Assembly: GCA_039586365.1 (NCBI GenBank) | Contig: JBDHKN010000107.1 | Location: forward strand, 1 to 15,446 | DNA length: 15,446 bases | DNA from: Gemmatimonadota bacterium | Lineage (GTDB): Bacteria > Gemmatimonadota > Gemmatimonadetes > Gemmatimonadales > GWC2-71-9 | Direction: 5' to 3' | Shown: one piece after another, positions 1-6,677 of the stretch | Position numbering within the stretch: the stretch's first letter is position 1 | Layout of the letters: every line of letters begins with the position of its first letter | Notes under the pieces: generated by a model | The model's database searches: none | Told to the model about the DNA's origin: nothing | Seen by the model: only the letters and a program-made list of their open reading frames with translations | Made by a program: the position numbers and the translations under genes

Positions 1-150
1 GAACTGTGCGAGTGCCGCGACCACGAAAAGGAAGACGCGGCACCCGACGACGACGAAATCTCAGTCGAGCCTCAGCTGCAGAGTACCCTCGCTAGCCTGG
101 TGACGTTGGAGTCAGCCACCTGAGCACCCTCGCCAACGCTCAGCCCAGCG

Positions 151-312
151 TCAGGTCTGGGACCCTTGAATACCCGCTTGCAGGCAGGGACTAGTCTGAG
201 ATCCCTGCCATCCGCAGTCCTGGCGCGGCGCAGTGATGTCGGAGCAGGCTGCAGCGCCGAGGGCGAAACCGGCCAGCATGGCAAAGGCCAACAGGCGGTT
301 ACGAAGAGACAT
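151..312 (-). CDS. Small secreted lipopeptide / peptide precursor, 53 aa (not in ORF track)
   Basis: Manual translation: MSLRNRLLAFAMLAGFALGAAACSDITAPRQDCGWQGSQTSPCLQAGIQGSQT*. Strong SD GGAGGT (317-322) 4 nt before the ATG. Basic N-region, hydrophobic core and lipobox-like AAAC (Cys23). Repeated GxQGSQT motif. Confidence 0.75.
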   Translation of the reverse strand: MSLRNRLLAFAMLAGFALGAAACSDITAPRQDCGWQGSQTSPCLQAGIQGSQT

Positions 313-330
313 GGTTACCTCCGCGGTTGG

Positions 331-344
331 ATTGAGCGCTCAAT
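331..344. promoter_or_regulatory. Perfect 14-bp palindrome ATTGAGCGCTCAAT, candidate operator
   Basis: Exact inverted symmetry just upstream of the SD of the 151-312 gene. The TGAGCGCTCA core resembles LacI-family operators. Confidence 0.45.
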
Positions 345-399
345 AGTTGGGGAACCACAAAGAAGTTCGGTCAATGTGCCAGCCTCCGTTAGTGCGGTA

Positions 400-711
400 T
401 TGGGACTTCATACGTCGTTTTTGGGACATCTGTGTGGGTTTGGGGGGGTGCTACCCCTTTTTCGGACCATCTAGATTGGAACAGCTGTCTGCTGCGGTCC
501 GGGTTTACCTGTCCTGAGGCTAGTGGAATTGAGGTGACGAGGCGCTCGCCATTCTGGTCATGTCGCCAACTGTTAGCGCACTGCTCGGCCCCCTCGAGTT
601 CGAAGTAGCTGTCCCAAATCCACGCTGCTCAAGCGAAGCTGGGACACTTTGGCCCTGACTTGACGATGTTTGGCGTCTCTCCAGGTGCTCCGAAGCACAT
701 GAAGTGGGACA
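400..711. repeat. Five TGGGAC boxes in intergenic DNA
   Basis: TTGGGAC at 400-406 and 421-427 (21-bp period); TGTCCCAA at 610-617 (reverse); TGGGACA at 640-646 and 705-711. Confidence 0.45.
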
Positions 712-857
712 TTGGACAACAAGGCACAGCAGCTGCGGGTCGGGTGGAGAGCCGATCTTGCTGGCCCCGGCGGGAGGCGTCACAGCACCCAAACGCAGCA
801 CAGCGCTGCCGGGTCCCGATGGAGTGGCAGCGCCGATTTATTGCTGGCCAGGGCTGG

Positions 858-1295
858 TCAGTGAGCGATGAACGACTCGGCTAGTGGCCTCATTACGTAG
901 AGCATGATCTTATCACCGGCACGCGCGGACAGCGGATTGGTCTTCACGGCCTGCAGGTATCCCCGCGTTGCCGAGGCTGCTAGGCTGGGCCTCAGCGAGT
1001 AGATCCTGAGACGGAACTCGGTGCTTCCGTCCGCAAGCTGCTCGGGCAGTGTCAATGTTTGGTCGGAAGTGCGCTGCACTATGCCGAGCCGGAAGCCCCT
1101 ACCAGCCTCTGACACCGCATAAACCACTACGTCGAGCGAGTTGTGGTTGCACACCACGACGGTTGCCTCGCTGTCCGTGGGAGCGCCGGGGGTCTCGGTA
1201 AGACCGGTTGGTATTGCGGCACTGAGCGGCAGCACTCCCAGCACCGTCAGCAACGCGGCGGTGCCCAGTGAGAAGCGAATCCTGTTTGCCAACAT
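858..1295 (-). CDS. Secreted hypothetical beta-rich protein, 145 aa
   Basis: SD GGAGGTG upstream of the ATG. Signal peptide MLANRIRFSLGTAALLTVLGVLPLSAA. Beta-strand pattern VVVCNHNSLDVVVYAV...RLGIV...LTLP. Confidence 0.8.
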   Translation of the reverse strand: MLANRIRFSLGTAALLTVLGVLPLSAAIPTGLTETPGAPTDSEATVVVCNHNSLDVVVYAVSEAGRGFRLGIVQRTSDQTLTLPEQLADGSTEFRLRIYSLRPSLAASATRGYLQAVKTNPLSARAGDKIMLYVMRPLAESFIAH

Positions 1296-1460
1296 ATCAC
1301 GTCACCTCCACAGCAATTCCATGGGTCAAATTAGCAACTCAATAGATATATACGGTTCATGGTGAGTATTTGTTTCCGGCGGCGGGATTACTGCTCCGGG
1401 ATAGGATTGCAGCACGACACCTGCGTTCAGTGCATCCTCCTGCATCTTCAGTCGCGCTGG

Positions 1461-1495
1461 CACTCACCACTCACCACTCGTCAATCGTCAATCGC
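1461..1495 (+). repeat. Degenerate heptamer tandem repeat, 5 units
   Basis: CACTCAC CACTCAC CACTCGT CAATCGT CAATCGC in the divergent intergenic region. Confidence 0.6.
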
Positions 1496-1608
1496 AGTCG
1501 TCGGTCTCGGGCTTGCCGCCGGGGGCTCCTGTCGGCATACTCTCGTCTTGCTTCTCGCTGCTGTGGGCCAGAAGGGAATACGGACTTCACTTCTCTAGGA
1601 GTCGCTCC

Positions 1609-3768
1609 ATGTCGCTTGCAGAGATCTGTTGCAGAACTCTTCGCCCGGCTCAAGTCGGCCTGGCGCTGGTTACGTTGTCGTTGCAGGTACCGCCACCGGC
1701 AACTGCTCAGAGTAGCCCGTTCCTGAGCGATCGCCTGTTCCAGATTCTGAACGGTGAGATCTCGGGCGACGCAGCCTTCGAGACAATCCGTGCGTTCACC
1801 CAATACCATCGTCCGACGAACAGCCCCGGTTTCACAGCGGCGGCCGAGTTCGTTTACGAGAAAGCGCTGGAGTTCGGACTCGAGGATGTGCTCAAGCTCA
1901 AGCAACCCTTGGATTACGCCGCGTGGAATGCGACCGAGGGGGAGATCTGGATCACCAGCCCGGTGCTCATGAAGCTGGCCGATCTCACCGACGTCCAGGT
2001 CATGCTGGCCGACAACAGCAGGTCGGTCGATGTGGAAACCGAACTGATTGATGTGGGTGACGGGACCAGCGCCTCGGACTATGCGGGTAAGGATGTGCGT
2101 GGGAAGGTGGTATTCGCCGCAGGCAATCCGGCAGCCGTGATCGAGCAAGCCGTGTTCAACCACGGAGCGCTGGGGATCGTGACTACCGCGCTGCGCTCCA
2201 CCAGCCAGCCCCTTGACCATCCTGACCAGATTCCTTGGCAGAGAGTGCAGACCGCGGCACCCCCGGGGGTGGCGACCCAGACCTGGTTCGCCTTCGTACT
2301 TTCGGCCCGGCGGGGCGGTGAACTGCAGGCGTTGCTCGCCGGCCGGTCTCTGCCGCAGGAAGTCGCGTTCACCGGGGCCGATCCGGCCGGTCCGGTCCGC
2401 GTCAAGGTGCTAATTGAATCAGCATTCGACGCCTCGGACATGGAAACCGAGTTCATTGAGGCCAGAATCAACGGTACCGACCCGTCGCTGCCTGGTCTGG
2501 TGTTCACCGGCCACATTCAGGAGGAGAAGTTCTCAGCCAACGACGACGCATCCGGATGCGCCAGCGTGCTGGAGATAGCTCGCGCTGTGAAGCACCTGAT
2601 TGCCACCGGCATGATCGAGCGTCCCAAACGTACGCTGCGGTTTTGGCTCTCCACTGAGATCCGGGGACCCTACTGGTACTTCCAGACCCACCCGGAAGCG
2701 CGGCAAGACTTCATCGTCAACCTGCATCAGGACATGGTGGGCGCTAAGCAGACAGAGGGGAGCAGGGTGCAGCATATCATCCGCAGCCCACATCACAACG
2801 CATCCTATCTGCCCGATGTGGTGCAGAGTCTTGCCGAGTTGGTGATCCACGGCAACTCCGGGTACCTCGCGGCCCTGCAGGTGGGTAGTCCCTATCCCTT
2901 CCCCAAGCCGATCTTCAGTCACCTGGGCACGCGTGACGGGTATCGAGCCGAGATAGTGCCGAACTTCAACAATTCGGACCACATGGTCTTCAACGACGCT
3001 ATCATTGGAATCCCGTCGGTGGGGTTCATCAACTGGCCGGATGACTACATCCACTCCAGTCTGGACGACCTCTGGCAGGTCGACCCCACCCAACTGAAGC
3101 GCAATGCTTTCATTATTGCAGCTGCCGCACTGTACTTGGCCAACGCCGGCACCGCGGAGGTGCCGACGCTCATCGCCGAAGTTGAGGGCCGCGGAGCCGA
3201 GCGTTTCGGTAAGGACCTGCGGGTCGCCATGGCCCGTTTGGCCAGCTCGGTGCCGGAGCAACGGGAAGAGGCCTACAAGGCAGGCACGTACATCATCGAG
3301 GCGGCCGCGTTGCGAGAGCAACGGGCGCTCGGGACGATCAGGGATTTCAGCGGGACGGACCGCCAGGCCGATCAGGCGATCGCGGACGCTGTCGGACGCG
3401 TTACAGACCTGGCGGGTGCTCAGCGGGCCGCGCTGGATGGCTACTATAGGAGCCTGACCGGTAGGAGCGCACCCAGAGTCACGCTGAGCGCAGCGGAGCG
3501 TGCAGCCTCGAGCAAGGTGCCGGCATCAATTGATGACGTTGAGCGCTACCTGAACGACCGGCCAAGGCCAGCCACCGGGCTGCACGGGCTCATGGCCTTT
3601 GCCGTCTGGGGTCATGTAGACGGCCAGACATCTTACCTGGATATCTACAAGCAGGTGATGGCTGAGGCGATGGTTCACGGTGACTGGTACTACGGGACCG
3701 TGACACTCGAGCAAGTGGCGCAAACGCTGGACGCTGGTGTCCAGGCGGGTGTACTGGAACTCCGATAG
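1609..3768 (+). CDS. Secreted M28-family-like metallopeptidase with PA domain (DUF4910-like), paralog 1
   Basis: Long ORF; likely start is ATG 1609 behind AGGAG rather than 1513. Signal peptide ending ATA-Q. PA motif DYAGKDVRGKVV. Motifs GHIQEE, SANDDASG, STEIRG, HQDMVG, NSDH, YIHSSLDD. Confidence 0.88.
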   Translation: MSLAEICCRTLRPAQVGLALVTLSLQVPPPATAQSSPFLSDRLFQILNGEISGDAAFETIRAFTQYHRPTNSPGFTAAAEFVYEKALEFGLEDVLKLKQPLDYAAWNATEGEIWITSPVLMKLADLTDVQVMLADNSRSVDVETELIDVGDGTSASDYAGKDVRGKVVFAAGNPAAVIEQAVFNHGALGIVTTALRSTSQPLDHPDQIPWQRVQTAAPPGVATQTWFAFVLSARRGGELQALLAGRSLPQEVAFTGADPAGPVRVKVLIESAFDASDMETEFIEARINGTDPSLPGLVFTGHIQEEKFSANDDASGCASVLEIARAVKHLIATGMIERPKRTLRFWLSTEIRGPYWYFQTHPEARQDFIVNLHQDMVGAKQTEGSRVQHIIRSPHHNASYLPDVVQSLAELVIHGNSGYLAALQVGSPYPFPKPIFSHLGTRDGYRAEIVPNFNNSDHMVFNDAIIGIPSVGFINWPDDYIHSSLDDLWQVDPTQLKRNAFIIAAAALYLANAGTAEVPTLIAEVEGRGAERFGKDLRVAMARLASSVPEQREEAYKAGTYIIEAAALREQRALGTIRDFSGTDRQADQAIADAVGRVTDLAGAQRAALDGYYRSLTGRSAPRVTLSAAERAASSKVPASIDDVERYLNDRPRPATGLHGLMAFAVWGHVDGQTSYLDIYKQVMAEAMVHGDWYYGTVTLEQVAQTLDAGVQAGVLELR

Positions 3769-3783
3769 TTCGTTGCAGGGCGA

Positions 3784-6237
3784 TTGGAGTTCCCGTTGCC
3801 GGGAGGGCGTTACGGCCGCAGAGGCGCGTTACACAATTGGGTGGAAGTGCGCCTTGGGACCAACTCGGCCTTGAAGCGGGCGCGGTCGCCGATTGGCTTT
3901 GTGGTGTTGACGCTCGTCGCGCTGCAGACGCTGGCGACCAGCCTGGTTGCTCAGAGCGAGCCCCTGGTGAGCCATGCTGTCAGCATCCCACGGGTAGACG
4001 CCCAAGTCGAGATCGACGGCTTGCTCGACGAACCCGTATGGCAGAGTGCAGCGGTGTTGCGCGGCTTCACCCAATACTTGCCAGTCGACGGCCGTCCGGC
4101 CCACGATTCGACCGAGGTGCTAGCCTGGTATGCGCCGACCGCCCTCCACTTCGGCGTTCGCTGCTATGACTCCAACGCGTCTGTACGGGCCACACTTGCT
4201 GAACGCGACAAGATCGAGGGTGACGACTACGTCCAGATCTTGCTGGATACGTTCAACGACCGCCGGCAAGCCTTTGTCATCGGAGTCAACCCGTTGGGTG
4301 TCCAGTCCGATGGAATCCTGCGCGACGCGGACCGCCGCGCGGGCAGTGGCTTCTCTGCCGGGGGATCCGGCGCATACACCATCGACTTGAGTCCCGACTT
4401 CGTCTACCAATCGAAGGGTAGGCTCACCGGCTCCGGCTACGAGATCGAGATCCGCATCCCGTTCAAGAGTCTGCCATATCAGGCCGATCCCGAGCAGGAC
4501 TGGGGTCTCAACGTAATCCGCAAGGTGCAACACTCGGGCTTCGAGGATACCTGGAGCCCGGTGCTCCAAGCGAACGCCTCGTTCCTGTCACAGAGCGGCG
4601 CTCTGACTGGCCTCGCCGAGCTGCGCCGTGGACTCGTACTGGATCTCAATCCCGAGACCACCGCCCGCGTGACGGGTGAGGAGGCCACTTCGGGCTGGGC
4701 GTACAGCGGTCCCGACCCCGAATTGGGCGGTAACCTCCGCTGGGGAGTGACCAACAATCTGACTCTGAGTGGCACGATGAACCCCGATTTCTCGCAGATC
4801 GAGGCCGACGTGGCCAGAGTCCAGTTCGACCCGCGGAGCGCCGTGTTCTTCCCAGAAAAGCGACCCTTCTTCCTCGAGGGAATCGAGCACTTCGAACTGC
4901 CCGAGCGGCTCATCTACACCAGGCGCATTGCCGCACCGATCGCGGCGGTGAAGCTTACGGGCAAGGTCTCGGGCACCAACGTAGCGCTACTGTCGGGTGT
5001 GGACGATCAAACGAGTTCCGCCACGGGTAGCGACAACCCCGTGCACAACTGGCTGCGCGTGCGCCGTGATCTGGGGGGCCAATCCCACTTGGGAATCGCC
5101 TACACCGACAAGGTAGACGGAGCTGATTACAACCGCGTACCCTCGGTCGACGGGCGCTGGGTGTTCGGTGGCCTGTATTCGGTGACGTTCCAGGGTGCCA
5201 CGAGCTTCACCCGGTCAGGTGGTACGGTGACCAACGCACCGCTATGGAACCTCGCGTTCAGCCGCTCGGGGCGCACGTTCGGATTCACTTCGTCGTTCCG
5301 CGGCGTGCATCCGGAGTTCAGTGCACAAGGTGGTTTCATCAACCGCAGCGACGTCGTGAACGCAAGCTTCGTCCCTCGTGTCACGTTGTTCGGCCGTGCT
5401 GGGGCCTTGCTCGAGAGCTGGACCGGGAGTGTCAGCATGAGCGGTGCGTGGGATTACGACCGGTTCATGGCCGGCAACATCCCGGACGATCCCAAACTGC
5501 ATCTCAACGGCGCCTTCGGCCTGCGGGGTGGCTGGCAGGTGGGCACGACGCTGGTCATCGAGTCGTTCAAGTACCCGCCACAGCTCTATAGCGATTACGT
5601 AATCGAGCGGACCACTTCCGCCGGCGTCGACACCATCCCGTACACGGGCACTGACCGCCTCTACAACCTGGACTTTCTTGGCAGCCTCACAACCCCGCGG
5701 TTCCAGAATCTCTCCGGCAACTTCCGCGTCATCTACGGCCGCGATGAGAACTTCTACGAATGGGCTCCGGCCAACGTTTTCTTTCTGACAGTGGACATCA
5801 ACTGGCGTCCCACCGAGCAACTGCGGGTGAACGCGCTATACAACCATCAGCAGTATATCCGTCCCAGCGACTGGAGCACGGTGGGAATGCGGCGCATTCC
5901 GCGGCTCAAGCTGGAGTATCAGCTCTCCCGGTCGATCTTCGTGAGGTTCGTCGGACAGTACGATGCCGAGGTCCAGGACTCCTTGCGGGACGACTCCCGC
6001 ACCAACGATCCGATTCTGATCTACGATTCCGAGACTGACACCTATGCGCGCGCGGGTCGCGAAGTGCGGAACGACCTGAGGGTCGATTGGCTGTTTTCCT
6101 ACCGTCCCACACCGGGGACCGTGTTCTTTCTGGGCTATGGCAGCAGTCTGGAGGAGCCGGCCGCTTTCAGATTCCGCAGGATTGGGCGTGTGAACGACGG
6201 GTTCTTTCTGAAGTTGAGCTATCTGTTCCGCGTTTGA
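3784..6237 (+). CDS. CBM9-like/DOMON N-terminal domain plus DUF5916 outer-membrane beta-barrel protein
   Basis: Motifs IDGLLDEPVW, LDTFNDRRQAF, NPLGVQSDG, EIRIPFKSL, NPDFSQIEAD, FFPEKRPFFLEG. C-terminal beta-signal-like FFLKLSYLFRV. True start is probably later (3841-3871). Confidence 0.85.
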   Translation: MEFPLPGGRYGRRGALHNWVEVRLGTNSALKRARSPIGFVVLTLVALQTLATSLVAQSEPLVSHAVSIPRVDAQVEIDGLLDEPVWQSAAVLRGFTQYLPVDGRPAHDSTEVLAWYAPTALHFGVRCYDSNASVRATLAERDKIEGDDYVQILLDTFNDRRQAFVIGVNPLGVQSDGILRDADRRAGSGFSAGGSGAYTIDLSPDFVYQSKGRLTGSGYEIEIRIPFKSLPYQADPEQDWGLNVIRKVQHSGFEDTWSPVLQANASFLSQSGALTGLAELRRGLVLDLNPETTARVTGEEATSGWAYSGPDPELGGNLRWGVTNNLTLSGTMNPDFSQIEADVARVQFDPRSAVFFPEKRPFFLEGIEHFELPERLIYTRRIAAPIAAVKLTGKVSGTNVALLSGVDDQTSSATGSDNPVHNWLRVRRDLGGQSHLGIAYTDKVDGADYNRVPSVDGRWVFGGLYSVTFQGATSFTRSGGTVTNAPLWNLAFSRSGRTFGFTSSFRGVHPEFSAQGGFINRSDVVNASFVPRVTLFGRAGALLESWTGSVSMSGAWDYDRFMAGNIPDDPKLHLNGAFGLRGGWQVGTTLVIESFKYPPQLYSDYVIERTTSAGVDTIPYTGTDRLYNLDFLGSLTTPRFQNLSGNFRVIYGRDENFYEWAPANVFFLTVDINWRPTEQLRVNALYNHQQYIRPSDWSTVGMRRIPRLKLEYQLSRSIFVRFVGQYDAEVQDSLRDDSRTNDPILIYDSETDTYARAGREVRNDLRVDWLFSYRPTPGTVFFLGYGSSLEEPAAFRFRRIGRVNDGFFLKLSYLFRV

Positions 6238-6610
6238 TTGTTGGGGAATGGGTGGTTTCAGAACGATCGGACGGTGGCGAAACCACACGATACGGGCGAC
6301 AATTAGCCTAGCATGAAGTTGGCAGAATCATTCAACACACGAAAAGAGGACACATGGCTGTGTACACTTGCGAGAAATGCGGCATGAGCGTCGGGAGCAT
6401 CACGTGCGGCAAGTGCGGCAAGGAACTCGTTCACGAAAAACTGACCACCCCCGAAGGGGCCGTGGTATTCATCTCCCAGTGCCCGGAAGGCCACGGGAAG
6501 ATAAAATCGCCCATGTGCTGCGGTCAGGACATGACGTGCTCCATCTGACCGCGTGACACCTGCTGCAGCAACCCGTGTCTTCTTGAAGTTGAGCTACCTG
6601 TTCCGCGTTT
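6209..6610 (+). repeat. Direct repeat of the DUF5916 gene 3' end (6209-6235 and 6584-6610)
   Basis: TGAAGTTGAGCTATCTGTTCCGCGTTT vs TGAAGTTGAGCTACCTGTTCCGCGTTT, 26/27 identical. Confidence 0.85.
6354..6548 (+). CDS. Small Cys-rich (zinc-ribbon-like) hypothetical protein, 64 aa
   Basis: SD-like AAGAGGA before the ATG. CEKC, CGKC, CPEGH and CCGQDM motifs. Confidence 0.82.
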   Translation: MAVYTCEKCGMSVGSITCGKCGKELVHEKLTTPEGAVVFISQCPEGHGKIKSPMCCGQDMTCSI

Positions 6611-6631
6611 CGTCCATGCGGAACAGGTAGC
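6593..6631. terminator. 14-bp perfect hairpin between convergent genes, candidate bidirectional terminator
   Basis: GCTACCTGTTCCGC (6593-6606), 11-nt loop, GCGGAACAGGTAGC (6618-6631). No clear U-tract. Confidence 0.5.
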
Positions 6632-6677
6632 GACGTTCGATCTTCCCCGTTGCGGGGCTTTGTGGTAGCGCTGGCTG

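Noticed and set aside
160..210. TPP-riboswitch-like words (ACCCTTGAA, CTGAGAT)
   Set aside because: Wrong order, the rest of the consensus is missing, and they are explained by the antisense peptide repeat.
72..474. Track ORFs 72..284 (-) and 166..474 (+)
   Set aside because: No SD or recognisable features; they overlap the better-supported 151-312 frame.
520..884. Track ORFs 520..801 (-) and 660..884 (+)
   Set aside because: No convincing SD/start combination or protein-like motifs; treated as non-coding.
1513..1608. N-terminal extension of peptidase paralog 1 (likewise 8775-8810 and 12811-12870 for other genes)
   Set aside because: Downstream ATGs have SD sequences and place the signal peptides correctly.
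3807..3832. GCGTTAC direct repeat before DUF5916
   Set aside because: Only two 7-mers; compatible with chance.
6252..6286. 8-bp stem GTGGTTTC/GAAACCAC after the DUF5916 stop
   Set aside because: Large 19-nt loop and no U-tract; not enough to call a terminator or riboswitch.
6553..6630. 25-codon GTG ORF containing the second FLKLSYLFRV copy
   Set aside because: No SD; more simply a remnant of the duplicated gene end.
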